Part shown: positions 1 through 10,095 of the stretch, one piece after another
Numbering within the stretch: the first letter of the stretch is position 1
How the letters are laid out: every line of letters begins with the position of its first letter
Assembly: GCA_041178425.1 (NCBI GenBank)
Contig: JBEGVH010000009.1
Location: forward strand, 128,001-192,000
Direction of reading: 5' to 3'
DNA: 64,000 nucleotides
Source: Pseudomonadota bacterium
GTDB taxonomy: Bacteria > Bdellovibrionota > Bdellovibrionia > Bdellovibrionales > Bdellovibrionaceae
Translations under genes and position numbers: made by a program
The notes under the pieces: generated by a model
Seen by the model: the letters and a program-made list of their open reading frames with translations, nothing else
The model's database searches: none
What the model was told of the DNA's origin: nothing

Positions 1-1218
1 GGGTTGAGCTTTTCTTAAATCGAGTGCCACACCCGAGGCTCTTAAAAGTGGCCCAGTATATCCCCACTCGATCGCATTTTCAGCCGACACAGGTCCCACG
101 CCTTCCGTTCTCTTACGAAAGATCTTATTACCAATCATGAGTTTGTCGATCTCATCAATCTCTGCACTCATACGCTTACAAAATGCAAGGACCTCATCAA
201 ACCATCCCGCCGGGGCATCTTGCGCCATTCCCCCAACGCGAGTCAGTGCAACCGTCAAACGAGCACCACACAGTCTTTCAAAAAGCGTGTAGGCTTCTTC
301 ACGGTAGGTGAACAAGTGAAAGAAGCTCGTCAAAGCGCCAAGATCGACACCACCGGTTCCGACCGCAATGATATGGTCGATGACCCGAGAAATCTCGCAA
401 AGAACAATACGCATAGCCTGCGCACGAGCCGGAATCTCAACTCCAAGAAGACGTTCTACGGCTTTACAGTATCCAACGTTATTCATAGGCGCTGAACAGT
501 AGTTCAAACGATCTGTATAAGGAATTACCTGATTATAAGGATGAGTTTCTGCCATCTTTTCGAAGCAGCGGTGAAGAAAGCCAATATCGACGCCCGCTCG
601 AACGATGGTTTCACCATCGAGTTCTGCCATCACACGAAGGGTACCGTGCATCGCTGGATGTGAGGGACCAATGTTGATCGGCACCAAATTCTCATTCAAA
701 ATGGAACCATCTTGACCCTTTACATTATCAAAATGAATGGGAAGCACCTCGGTGGCATGCTGCTGATGATCTGCTTCGTAATCTTTACGAAGCGGGTGCC
801 CCTTAAATTGATGGTGAGTTAAAATTCGACGAAGATTAGGATGCCCTTCAAAAACAATCCCAAACATATCGTAGGCTTCTCGTTCGAACCAATCAGCACC
901 TTTCCAAATTCCAGTCGCTGTTTGCAAGGTTTCACCCTCACCCACCATCACCTTTATTCGAAGACGAGTATTATCTTTGGAAGAAAATAAATGATAGACC
1001 ACATCAAAGCGTTTTTCTCGCGCAGGATAGTCGACCCCACAAATATCCATTAAGAAGTCGAAATGCTCTTTCAACTTTAAAATTCTCAATCCCGATACGA
1101 TATTATCTTTGGAGAGAAGAAGAACATGATCTCCCACTGCCTCGAAAAATTGAGCTTCAGGAAAACGATTTAAATCATTTTTGATTGCTTGAATTTTTGA
1201 CTTCATCAAATCACTCAT
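1..1218 (-). CDS. nuoCD: NADH-quinone oxidoreductase fused subunit C/D (partial, runs off left edge; missing from ORF track)
   Basis: Manual translation from ATG at 1218 (ATGA overlap with nuoB stop) is open to position 1: NuoC motifs [28 protein letters not shown] followed by NuoD motifs [30 protein letters not shown]. Confidence 0.95.
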   Translation of the reverse strand, partial: MSDLMKSKIQAIKNDLNRFPEAQFFEAVGDHVLLLSKDNIVSGLRILKLKEHFDFLMDICGVDYPAREKRFDVVYHLFSSKDNTRLRIKVMVGEGETLQTATGIWKGADWFEREAYDMFGIVFEGHPNLRRILTHHQFKGHPLRKDYEADHQQHATEVLPIHFDNVKGQDGSILNENLVPINIGPSHPAMHGTLRVMAELDGETIVRAGVDIGFLHRCFEKMAETHPYNQVIPYTDRLNYCSAPMNNVGYCKAVERLLGVEIPARAQAMRIVLCEISRVIDHIIAVGTGGVDLGALTSFFHLFTYREEAYTLFERLCGARLTVALTRVGGMAQDAPAGWFDEVLAFCKRMSAEIDEIDKLMIGNKIFRKRTEGVGPVSAENAIEWGYTGPLLRASGVALDLRKAQP

Positions 1219-1772
1219 TTTTCTACCATTCCCTCTGGCGCATTCCACTGATCTTTCCATGGACGCGGATGTTTATCGGTAATCATTTTTTGCAAAGCCA
1301 TAACCCCATCAAGAACAGCTTCTGGAGTCGGAGGACAACCCGGAACATAAATATCCACTGGAATAACTTTATCGCATCCTTGGAGAACGTGATAAGCACG
1401 ATAAAAGCCACCAGAACTTGCGCATGCACCCATCGCGATAACATATTTGGGCTCTAGCATTTGTTGATAAATCCGGACGAGAACAGGGGCCATTTTTTCC
1501 GTAATGGTACCCGCAACCAACAAGAGATCGGCCTGTCGTGGAGAAAAACGAACAACCTCCGCACCAAAGCGAGCAAGGTCATACTTGGGTCCCATGACTG
1601 ACATCAATTCAATACCGCAACAAGCAGTACCGTATGGGAGTGGCCAAAGAGCGTTTTTTCTTCCCCAAGCGACGATATCTTCAAGCCGTGTGGTAAGGGC
1701 GAAAGATCGAGACAGATCTTCAGCCGATTGATCTCCTACAAAGTGAGAACCTTCTGATTGAGTTTGCTGCAT
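1215..1772 (-). CDS. nuoB: NADH-quinone oxidoreductase subunit B
   Basis: [31 protein letters not shown]2-cluster motifs. Confidence 0.97.
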   Translation of the reverse strand: MQQTQSEGSHFVGDQSAEDLSRSFALTTRLEDIVAWGRKNALWPLPYGTACCGIELMSVMGPKYDLARFGAEVVRFSPRQADLLLVAGTITEKMAPVLVRIYQQMLEPKYVIAMGACASSGGFYRAYHVLQGCDKVIPVDIYVPGCPPTPEAVLDGVMALQKMITDKHPRPWKDQWNAPEGMVEK

Positions 1773-2136
1773 ATTCTCCTCAAACTAAGTAACTTTTGTT
1801 TACTTAAATCTTTATCTAAATATCTTTAAAGCCATTTTTGCATTTCATCACTATTTACAGTAACCCTTAAATCTTACCCAAACCCTCAAGAAGGTCTACT
1901 CGCGTCGAAAATTTTAGACGCAAGGCATAGTCATGGAATTTTTGGCCAAAGTATCAATTGATTTTTAGCTTGTCATGAACTTAACCGCCTTTAGAAACAA
2001 GGTGTTATAAATTCAACTAATCAACATCTCTTAGATTTTTTTATTTGAAACTACCCCAGTTTCAACCCACACTTCTGCATTAAACGGGTGTTTTCGAATG
2101 AGGGATTTGAAAGCACTCCCAGAGGAGGGAATCAGA

Positions 2137-3612
2137 ATGAACAAAAGGATTTTGGGTGCCATCACCCTAGCGGCTTTTATTGCGTCTGCCGCAAACGCAG
2201 GAACTAAAGAATATCTTGTGAAACTTGCCCCTGGTGCTGTTGAGAACTTCAGCATCATGCAAACGCTTGCTCAGCAAGCAGGCAAAACTGAAGTGATTGC
2301 TAATGATTGGGTGAAAATCACCGATACCAAAGGCACATTGGACATCAATGTCTTGTCTAGAAATAACGGTTGGGTTGAGTATGTACAACCTAACTATCGC
2401 ATTAAACTCATTGAAAACTATCGAACTAATGATCGCGCCCTTTTAAATAAAGTAGCTGCCCTAATGGCGACAGCTCCCGAGGCCGATAAAAAGAAAGACA
2501 ACCCTAACTTTCCACCAACCCCACAACCATCAAGAGGGGATGATCCTCTCTTTAATAAGCAATGGGGAATGATCGACAACCATGTTAAGGAAGCTTGGAA
2601 ATCTAATCTTCTTGCTCCCGAAAAACAACGTCAGATGATTGTTGCCGTTATTGATACAGGCGTTGATTACACTCATGAGGATCTTCTACCCAATATGTGG
2701 AGAAACCCTGGCGAAACAGGAACAGATGCTCAAGGTCGCAGCAAAGAAACCAATGGAGTTGATGATGACAATAATGGATTCATCGATGACGTTGTAGGCT
2801 GGGATTTTGCGGCCAACGACAATAAACCCTACGACCTTGCTGTGGATCCAATGCAACTTCTTATGGGCGGCGGAAATCCAGGTCACGGAACCCACTGCGC
2901 TGGAAACGTTGGCGCTGCTGCTGACAATGGTAAAGGCATCGTTGGGGTTGCTCCTAACGTAAAAATTATGGCGCTTCGATTTCTCACCGAAAAAGGTGGT
3001 GGAACTACAGCGGATGCGATTAAGTCGATTAAGTATGCGGTTGATAACGGGGCTATGATCACGTCGAATTCTTGGGGTTCTGAGGGCGAAGACCCACAGG
3101 CGGGCGAAGAAAACAAAGCCCTTCGCGACATGATCCAGTACGCTGAAAACAAGGGAACTCTCTTTATTGCAGCGGCAGGTAACGGTCACCAAGGCGTTGG
3201 CTACGACAACGATAGCGATGCAAAACCAGCTTATCCAGCTAGTTACGACCATGAATCAATCATTAGCGTTGCAGCTATTGATAACCAAGATCAATTGGGC
3301 GGTTTCTCCAACTGGGGTCTACGCACAGTCGATATTGGCGCACCCGGTGTAAAAGTATTTTCGACAACGGTTGGAAACAACTACTCTGATACCGTTATTG
3401 ATTTAATGGGGTTTACTGCCTACTGGGATGGGACTTCAATGGCAACACCTCACGTTGCTGGAGCGGCCGCTCTTTACTGGTCTTCTCACCCTGAAAAAGA
3501 TTGGAGACAAGTAAAGGCAGCCATTTACCAAAGCGTTAAAAAAGTTCCGGCTCTTTCGAATAAGGTTTCTACAGGTGGAAAACTTGATGTTTTAAACTTA
3601 ATACGCCAGTAA
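2137..3612 (+). CDS. Secreted subtilisin-like S8 serine protease
   Basis: Catalytic triad motifs VIDTG, HGTHCAG, GTSMATP; signal peptide MNKRILGAITLAAFIASAANA; start moved to ATG 2137 after RBS GAGGAGG. Confidence 0.95.
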   Translation: MNKRILGAITLAAFIASAANAGTKEYLVKLAPGAVENFSIMQTLAQQAGKTEVIANDWVKITDTKGTLDINVLSRNNGWVEYVQPNYRIKLIENYRTNDRALLNKVAALMATAPEADKKKDNPNFPPTPQPSRGDDPLFNKQWGMIDNHVKEAWKSNLLAPEKQRQMIVAVIDTGVDYTHEDLLPNMWRNPGETGTDAQGRSKETNGVDDDNNGFIDDVVGWDFAANDNKPYDLAVDPMQLLMGGGNPGHGTHCAGNVGAAADNGKGIVGVAPNVKIMALRFLTEKGGGTTADAIKSIKYAVDNGAMITSNSWGSEGEDPQAGEENKALRDMIQYAENKGTLFIAAAGNGHQGVGYDNDSDAKPAYPASYDHESIISVAAIDNQDQLGGFSNWGLRTVDIGAPGVKVFSTTVGNNYSDTVIDLMGFTAYWDGTSMATPHVAGAAALYWSSHPEKDWRQVKAAIYQSVKKVPALSNKVSTGGKLDVLNLIRQ

Positions 3613-3633
3613 CAATCGCCATTATATTAATAC

Positions 3634-3672
3634 AAAAAAAAAGGGGCGCCCTCGATGGGGCGTCCTTTTTTT
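3634..3672 (+). terminator. Rho-independent terminator (likely bidirectional)
   Basis: A-run, GGGGCGCCC / GGGCGTCC stem, then T7, just downstream of the S8 protease stop. Confidence 0.85.
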
Positions 3673-3740
3673 ATGCCCTAAATGACTTTTAAGAACTCGT
3701 TTCAGTTGCCATTTCAGACAATTAAACAAACAATGTTTGA

Positions 3741-4655
3741 ATGAAGGCTATTAATCTCTATCAAACTCTCGGATCCCAAAGAAGCCTCTGGCTCCTATCC
3801 ACCCTAAACGTGTTGATGATCGCCGTTGTGATCTCCTTACAGATTTCGTGCAGCAATTCGCGCGGCGGGCGAAATCCCACCGCAAATTCTACCGGCCTCG
3901 TTGAAAAGAAAGATCTCATTCAGAGAGTGACTATTGCTGGGTTCATTGAACCGCTCCGCACCACCACCATCGCCGCTCCTTACACTGGCTATATTAAAAA
4001 GCTTTATATTAATGTTGGAGACCCAGTTAAAGTTGGCACTTCACTCGTTAGTGTGACTCAGTCACTCTTAGGAACTCAAGAAGTCTATCCCATGCGATCA
4101 CCAATAAATGGTATCATCGTTCAGATCAATAAGTCCGAGGGTGAGTTTGTTAGAGACGGTGACATTAAAGATTTCATTCTCCGAATTGACGACCCCAGTC
4201 AGTACATTATCAAAGCCCAAACGCCAGAAATCGATCGCATCAAATTGAGAGTTGGGCAAAACGCCATCATAAAGGTGAATGCCATTAACGGTAAAACCTA
4301 TAAAGGAGTTATTCGATCTATCGCTCAAGCGCCCTCTGTTAAAGATAGCCGTAATTCTTCGACCGTCGAATACAGTACGATCGTTGATATCCTCGACGCC
4401 GATGAGCTGATCCGCACTGGAATGAGTACTCTCATCGATTTAATCGTAGAGAAAAAAGAAAAGGCTCTGACTCTTCGACACGAATTCATTCAACGAGATA
4501 AAAATGGTTTTTTTGTCACTAAAGCTAATGGCGACCGACAAAATATTACCGTTGGCATTCAAAATGAAGAGGCCTTTGAGATTCTCTCTGGACTCAATGA
4601 GGGCGACTCAGTCAAGGCCGTTGATTTTAGCTTATGGTCGGGAGGGCGCGACTAA
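3741..4655 (+). CDS. macA: MacA-like efflux periplasmic adaptor subunit
   Basis: Lipoyl half-motifs IAAPYTGYIKKLYINVGDPV and MRSPINGIIV; C-terminal EILSGLNEGD; translationally coupled to a MacB-like gene. Confidence 0.85.
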   Translation: MKAINLYQTLGSQRSLWLLSTLNVLMIAVVISLQISCSNSRGGRNPTANSTGLVEKKDLIQRVTIAGFIEPLRTTTIAAPYTGYIKKLYINVGDPVKVGTSLVSVTQSLLGTQEVYPMRSPINGIIVQINKSEGEFVRDGDIKDFILRIDDPSQYIIKAQTPEIDRIKLRVGQNAIIKVNAINGKTYKGVIRSIAQAPSVKDSRNSSTVEYSTIVDILDADELIRTGMSTLIDLIVEKKEKALTLRHEFIQRDKNGFFVTKANGDRQNITVGIQNEEAFEILSGLNEGDSVKAVDFSLWSGGRD

Positions 4656-6724
4656 TGCCGCTTTTGGAGATTGAAAACCTCTCTTTCTCCTATCGCTCGG
4701 TCACGTTAAATGAGGAGCCTTCTCAGCGGGCCTCCTCACAGACGATTTTAAAAAACATTAATCTACAAGTTAAACAAGGGGAGCTCATTGCTATTCAGGG
4801 CCCCTCTGGAAGTGGGAAATCAACACTCCTTGCTTTGCTTGCGGGCTTCTTGCAGTTGCAATCCGGGGATATTCGGCTCAACAAGCAATCCTTCTCTTCA
4901 CTTGATGACAATCAAATGTCTCGCCTAAGAAACCAGAATATTGGGTATGTGTTTCAACAGTTTCATTTGCTCCCAAAGCTCACTGTTGTTGAAAATATTT
5001 TACTACCTGGGCAATACAATTCTGAAGCTTCACCGATAGAACTCAGACAGCGAGCTCTCTCTCTCGCCCAGTATCTTGGGCTCGAACACCGCTTAGACCA
5101 TCACCCAAACCAGCTATCTGGGGGACAGCAACAAAGAGTTGCAATTGCTAGAGCACTTCTCCATGATCCAGACCTCATTCTTGCCGATGAACCAACAGGT
5201 AATCTCGACTCAAAGTCCGCAGAAAATATCATGGAACTTCTTATTGATCTCAATAAGAAGGGAAAAACAATTCTCATTATCACTCACTCAGACGACATTG
5301 CCCAGCGCTGCGGGAGAATTATCCAAATCAAGGATGGGCAAATAACTGACTCCGAAATTGATCATTCCCTCAGACCTACCCCCCAACATCAAAGCCACCA
5401 AGAAGGCACAGAAAAGAACGACCAATCACAGCACCTGGAAAATCTAAGGAAAGAAATACGAACTCTTTTTTCCCCCGCAATTGTTCGTCAATCGTATCAT
5501 GATTTGATCCAAAACAAAATGCGTTCATTTCTCACGATGATTGGTATTATTGTTGGTGTGGCATCCGTACTGTCTATGATCACCCTCGGTCACTTTATTA
5601 AAGAAAAGGTTCTTGAATCTTATGCCGCTATGGGAATCAACACGGTCATGTTCATGGGTCATCCCAACTGGAATGTCAAAGCCTCGGATTCCACCGGAGT
5701 TTACTTTAAATCCTTTCATTGGGAGAACGACATTCTACCTCTTGCTAAAATATTTCCCGACATAGATAGCATGACCCCCATCATTCAAAGCTATCGGGCC
5801 ACACTCTCTTACGGCGGACGCACTATCGACACCGATGCCCGCCCCGTCGGTGTCAATGAAAAGGCCTTTCTCATTTCAGATCGCAAACTAAAAATGGGTC
5901 GAGGACTCAGCCCCTTTCATGTTGAAAATCGAAATGCAGTTTGTGTGATTGGAGCCGAGGTTGCCGAGAAATTATTTTTTCCTCACTCACCGATCGGACA
6001 AATTCTAAATGTTCAAGGCAACAGCACAAGTTACGGATGCCAGGTGATCGGAGTCTTGGAGTCAATTTCAAGCAATAAGGGCTGGAGCAATCCTAATTTG
6101 GAGGTTTACCTCCCCTACACTCTTTTTCAAACTCTTGCCGAAAATCCTTGGGAGGCAGAGATCAACCGCGTTCTCATTAAACTAAGAGAGGGTGCTGAAA
6201 TCTCACAAGTGGGTAAAAGCATACAGGGCTATTTTAACCTTCGCTATGGTAAAAGTGGTCGGTTTCGCGTTCATAACGATAGTGTGATGATTGCCCAACT
6301 TCAAAAATTTCTTTCTCTCTTCACTATCGCTCTTGGTGCCATCGCAATGATTTGTCTTCTTGTTGGAGGCGTTGGAATCACTAATATGATGCTAGCCTCA
6401 ATTGCTGAACGATTTCGCGAAATCGGACTAAGAAAAGCCCTCGGCGCTACTCACGAACGAATCCGTCAACATATTCTAATGGAATCGATTCTCCTCTGTG
6501 GAGGAGCCGGAGTTATTGGCCTTTTGATTGGATTTGCTTTTTGCCAATTGGTTGTTTTTATCACGGCACAGTTTGCGAGCAATATTACCTTTCAATGGCG
6601 CTTGGATCTTTGGGCTTTTGTCACTTCGTTTATTTCCATTTGTGTGGTTGGAGTCCTTAGCGGACTCGCTCCGGCCCTTCGTGCGCAAAAGCTTCAGATT
6701 CTAGAGGCACTCAGAGCCGATTAG
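4655..6724 (+). CDS. macB: MacB-like ABC transporter (ATPase + FtsX-type permease fusion)
   Basis: Walker A GPSGSGKS, LSGGQQQRVAIARAL, ADEPTGNLD; RSFLTMIGIIVGV; GGVGITNMML..ERFREIGLRKALGA; TAATG overlap with macA. Confidence 0.92.
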   Translation: MPLLEIENLSFSYRSVTLNEEPSQRASSQTILKNINLQVKQGELIAIQGPSGSGKSTLLALLAGFLQLQSGDIRLNKQSFSSLDDNQMSRLRNQNIGYVFQQFHLLPKLTVVENILLPGQYNSEASPIELRQRALSLAQYLGLEHRLDHHPNQLSGGQQQRVAIARALLHDPDLILADEPTGNLDSKSAENIMELLIDLNKKGKTILIITHSDDIAQRCGRIIQIKDGQITDSEIDHSLRPTPQHQSHQEGTEKNDQSQHLENLRKEIRTLFSPAIVRQSYHDLIQNKMRSFLTMIGIIVGVASVLSMITLGHFIKEKVLESYAAMGINTVMFMGHPNWNVKASDSTGVYFKSFHWENDILPLAKIFPDIDSMTPIIQSYRATLSYGGRTIDTDARPVGVNEKAFLISDRKLKMGRGLSPFHVENRNAVCVIGAEVAEKLFFPHSPIGQILNVQGNSTSYGCQVIGVLESISSNKGWSNPNLEVYLPYTLFQTLAENPWEAEINRVLIKLREGAEISQVGKSIQGYFNLRYGKSGRFRVHNDSVMIAQLQKFLSLFTIALGAIAMICLLVGGVGITNMMLASIAERFREIGLRKALGATHERIRQHILMESILLCGGAGVIGLLIGFAFCQLVVFITAQFASNITFQWRLDLWAFVTSFISICVVGVLSGLAPALRAQKLQILEALRAD

Positions 6725-6843
6725 AAAGGGGCTAGAATTTAAATCGGCGTTATTTCTCCCAAAAGAGACACCGTCCAAAGTCTAGAGTCATGATTTCTGC
6801 GACCTAAGTCCTATCTAGATTTTTCACACCTCGACCGAAAAGA

Positions 6844-7737
6844 ATGGGAATGATCTTTCTCCGGCAATTCTTTTTAGGAATAAGCAGTATCTTTTTGATA
6901 ACCACGTTCTCGTGGTTATCGACTTCATTTGCTGAAACTCCTCGAATTATTCAAAACTTCACTTCTGATGGCTGTTCAGTTTACAAATCGCTCTCACACG
7001 CTAATTGGGAGTTTTGTTGTGTTGCACATGATTTTGCGTACTGGAAAGGCGGCACACAAGCCGAAAAAAGAATGGCCGATTTAAAATTTCATCAATGCCT
7101 CAAAGATCGTAATGCCACCGATGTTGAATTGGAAACTTGGTTTACTGCAGTCTATGAATTTGGTGACGATCGCTGGGGAAGTGGCTGGGTACCAAAACAC
7201 AAACCCACCTTTACTGAGTTAACACTGCTCGAAAAACAAACGGTGCGGTTAAAAATAAAATCGATGGAAAGGGAGTGTACCGATCTTTCGGAGGAAACTC
7301 TTTGCGGCAACGAAAAAAGCAAACCTTCAAAAAACAAATCTCAATGTATCAAAACAATAAGAGTTCCCCTTCTTGAAGATTATGACTCCCTCGAAAAATG
7401 CACTCACGGCATCGTTAGAACTGTTGAGCTTAATCCACCGAATGACCCTAAAAATAAAATCAAGTCTATTAAGTCTTTGTCTTGTTACAAAATTCAAAAA
7501 AAAGACGACTCCAGCAAAACGGAACACACTCTTATATTTTCGCCTGAGTGCGAGGACGGCTATTTTGTTTTTGAGGATCGAAAGGGCGCAACCCAAGCTC
7601 CTTTTTTTGTTTTACAAGGATTTGGCTCTTGCAAGGACAAAATCAAACCGCAAAAGAGCTGTGTCGACCGAACCAATCTTCGCTACGAATACTTTGTTCC
7701 GGAGGATTTAAGCCCTTCGAAAAGCGGTCAACGCTAG
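6844..7737 (+). CDS. Secreted protein with N-terminal phospholipase A2-like domain and Cys-rich C-terminal region
   Basis: Signal peptide; FTSDGCS...CCVAHDFAYW...ADLKFHQCL resembles the PLA2 CCxxHDxxY / AD..F..C pattern. Confidence 0.55.
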   Translation: MGMIFLRQFFLGISSIFLITTFSWLSTSFAETPRIIQNFTSDGCSVYKSLSHANWEFCCVAHDFAYWKGGTQAEKRMADLKFHQCLKDRNATDVELETWFTAVYEFGDDRWGSGWVPKHKPTFTELTLLEKQTVRLKIKSMERECTDLSEETLCGNEKSKPSKNKSQCIKTIRVPLLEDYDSLEKCTHGIVRTVELNPPNDPKNKIKSIKSLSCYKIQKKDDSSKTEHTLIFSPECEDGYFVFEDRKGATQAPFFVLQGFGSCKDKIKPQKSCVDRTNLRYEYFVPEDLSPSKSGQR

Positions 7738-7846
7738 ACTCTCCAGCTGGCCTAGTACTTTCTCCACTGAACATGATTGATGATCTTCATCGTTGAACAC
7801 TTTTCGCCTACTATGTTAGGAGTTAAGGTTAAACCTGGAGAGCCCT

Positions 7847-8404
7847 ATGTTTGAAATCGTATGGAAATCTTTTCTTCTCGTTACCGCCACCGAAATGGGT
7901 GATAAAACGCAGTTACTCGCTTTGGTACTCACGGCTCGCTTTCGTAAACCTTGGGTCATTATGGCGGGAATCCTGGTTGCAACTATTTTTAATCATGGGT
8001 TGGCCGCTTTCGCCGGACAATGGGTCTCTCAGTCTCTATCTCCATCCGTCTTGAAGTGGGTCTTAGCCGCAAGCTTTTTTGGATTCGCGTTTTGGGTTCT
8101 CATTCCCGACAAAGACGATGAAAAAGTGCACTCCTCAACGGCTAGCGCCTTCTTTGTAACATTGGTGTCATTCTTTTTTGCGGAGATGGGAGACAAAACC
8201 CAGTTGTCCACCGTGGCTCTCGCTGCTCGATTCGGTGACATTGCATGGGTGACACTCGGAACTACGCTTGGAATGTTGGTGGCTGATGGGCTGGCCGTTT
8301 TTCTTGGCGAAAGAATTACGAAAGTTATTTCCATGAAGTGGATGCGAAGAGTGACGAGCATACTCTTTTTACTTTTCGGCCTTTTAATTCTGGTAGCTCA
8401 ATAA
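7847..8404 (+). CDS. TMEM165/GDT1 (UPF0016) family Mn2+/Ca2+ transporter
   Basis: Two EMGDKTQL signature motifs; hydrophobic helices. Confidence 0.95.
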   Translation: MFEIVWKSFLLVTATEMGDKTQLLALVLTARFRKPWVIMAGILVATIFNHGLAAFAGQWVSQSLSPSVLKWVLAASFFGFAFWVLIPDKDDEKVHSSTASAFFVTLVSFFFAEMGDKTQLSTVALAARFGDIAWVTLGTTLGMLVADGLAVFLGERITKVISMKWMRRVTSILFLLFGLLILVAQ

Positions 8405-9157
8405 TTAGTTGAGACAATCGCAAACAAAAGACTTTACAGCGTCTCGACGACATTTTACCAAGTGCCCCTCATCTTTTAACGAAAGACTCTGGATACCTTC
8501 GTTCACTTTCTCTACACCTAGCTGTAAACCACCCTGAAGTTGAATAAGGCGAGTTTCGGTTATTTTTCCTGGAGTTCCCTGAGTCTGAAGGCTATCAAAT
8601 GAGGCCATGTCACGCCCGATTCCCTCAGGAAGATCTATCGGCCTAGGAAAACCATCTTCATCTGTCTCGTGCCAATAAACATCGCTTCCCTCTTCGGGAC
8701 TTATCCACTCGTAAACTAGCGTTCGCAGCAATCCTGTTTTCATGCGCAATTCTACTTTTTTCTCTAAGAGTAGATCTTCTTGAACAGGACCCAATTGATT
8801 TTGGAGACTCGTCACCAATTGGCTTAAGTCTCCTCCGCCAGAATTAACATTACTCAGTGGACCATCGCCAAAACAAACTTTAATTTCATCAAGAATAGGG
8901 CTCGCAAGATCAGCTCCAAGAACCCCTTCCGCTTTGGGTGCTTGACTGGCCGTTCTCGAAGTCTCAGGCCGCGGAATGCTCGATCCCCAAAAGGGCTCGG
9001 GCAATGGAGGTTCAGAGTCTTTTTTTAAATAATTATTAGTTACACGAGGAGCCTTCGGCTCGGGGCGCCCATATTTGAGCCACCATTGGTATGGGAATTC
9101 ATATCCCCAAAAAAGCAGTAATCCCAAAAACACTGAGATCAAAAGGCCTTTTCTCAT
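8405..9157 (-). CDS. Hypothetical membrane-anchored/exported protein
   Basis: 250-aa ORF, N-terminal hydrophobic helix, C-terminal cysteines. Confidence 0.7.
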   Translation of the reverse strand: MRKGLLISVFLGLLLFWGYEFPYQWWLKYGRPEPKAPRVTNNYLKKDSEPPLPEPFWGSSIPRPETSRTASQAPKAEGVLGADLASPILDEIKVCFGDGPLSNVNSGGGDLSQLVTSLQNQLGPVQEDLLLEKKVELRMKTGLLRTLVYEWISPEEGSDVYWHETDEDGFPRPIDLPEGIGRDMASFDSLQTQGTPGKITETRLIQLQGGLQLGVEKVNEGIQSLSLKDEGHLVKCRRDAVKSFVCDCLN

Positions 9158-9296
9158 AAACCCCTTAGATCATGGTCGAGGGGTAGGGAGCAACCCGTTG
9201 AGATTCTCTCTGAAAAATGGCCAATTTTTGTGTCGTATTGAGACACCCTTCATTCCTATACTAGGCCCACCGAGGCAAATGAACCATAATTGAGCT

Positions 9297-10094
9297 ATGG
9301 GGGCCCTCGTGACGTCTGGCAAATTAAGTCTATTTCTTGTAATTCTTTCGTTATGCTTGGCGACGTTTCAGGCCGAAGCTAAACAAGGACGGCGGAGATC
9401 AGGTTCCATAGAAGGTATGAGATTCCCTGCTCAAGAGGCAGGAACCGGAGAGAATGAAGAGGATGTTTTCGACCCCTTTGCCGATTTTTCAGAATTTGAG
9501 TCGAATCGCGACGAAGAAGAAGACCTTAACTTTTTTAAGAATGGGCGAATGTTAACTCTTGGTTTTCAAGGGGGTATGACAAACTTCACCAAAGAAATGG
9601 CAGAAAAATATCAGTCGACCTTTCGCTATGGTCTTTTTATCAGTTACTTCTTTGATCTCAACTTTGCCATCCAGCTTCACTGGCACTCAGCCGATGCGCC
9701 TATTGCATACCGCTCGCTCATCGATACCCGAACAGGCAATGCGAGTTTTAGTAACCTTGGTTTTTCCGTTAAATATTTTTTGAATACTCAAAACGTCACA
9801 AAGGGCCTCGCCAATCTGAATCCCTATTTTCTCGTGGGAATGTCTAATTACGCAAGAACCATCCGTTTCGGTAGTATTAATGGATCGATAAAAGACTCAT
9901 CCACTGGCTTTAATGGCGGCATGGGCATTGAAGTTCCGATGATGCGCAAAAAACTTTTTTGGGGTCTTCAGCTTAACTATGACCTTGTGAGTTTTAAAGA
10001 CGAAAACATTCCCGAAGTCATCGAAGGCAACAACTATGGCACGGCGAAGGGTGACATGTGGAATGTGATAGGAACCGTTGGTATCAACTTTTAG
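9297..10094 (+). CDS. Outer-membrane beta-barrel protein
   Basis: Signal peptide, acidic linker, alternating amphipathic strands (PYFLVGMSNY, GFNGGMGIEV), C-terminal Phe (VGINF). Confidence 0.75.
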   Translation: MGALVTSGKLSLFLVILSLCLATFQAEAKQGRRRSGSIEGMRFPAQEAGTGENEEDVFDPFADFSEFESNRDEEEDLNFFKNGRMLTLGFQGGMTNFTKEMAEKYQSTFRYGLFISYFFDLNFAIQLHWHSADAPIAYRSLIDTRTGNASFSNLGFSVKYFLNTQNVTKGLANLNPYFLVGMSNYARTIRFGSINGSIKDSSTGFNGGMGIEVPMMRKKLFWGLQLNYDLVSFKDENIPEVIEGNNYGTAKGDMWNVIGTVGINF

Positions 10095-10095
10095 T

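Noticed and set aside
1..1772. nuoB/nuoCD as a group 4 [NiFe]-hydrogenase client of the hyp operon
   Set aside because: The visible part reads DRLNYCSA where a hydrogenase large subunit has the RxCGxC nickel motif; this is complex I
7738..7846. yybP-ykoY Mn riboswitch upstream of the UPF0016 transporter
   Set aside because: Conserved GGGGAGUA and CAAUAC elements not seen; only a CTCTCCAG/CTGGAGAG inverted repeat. An Rfam scan would settle it
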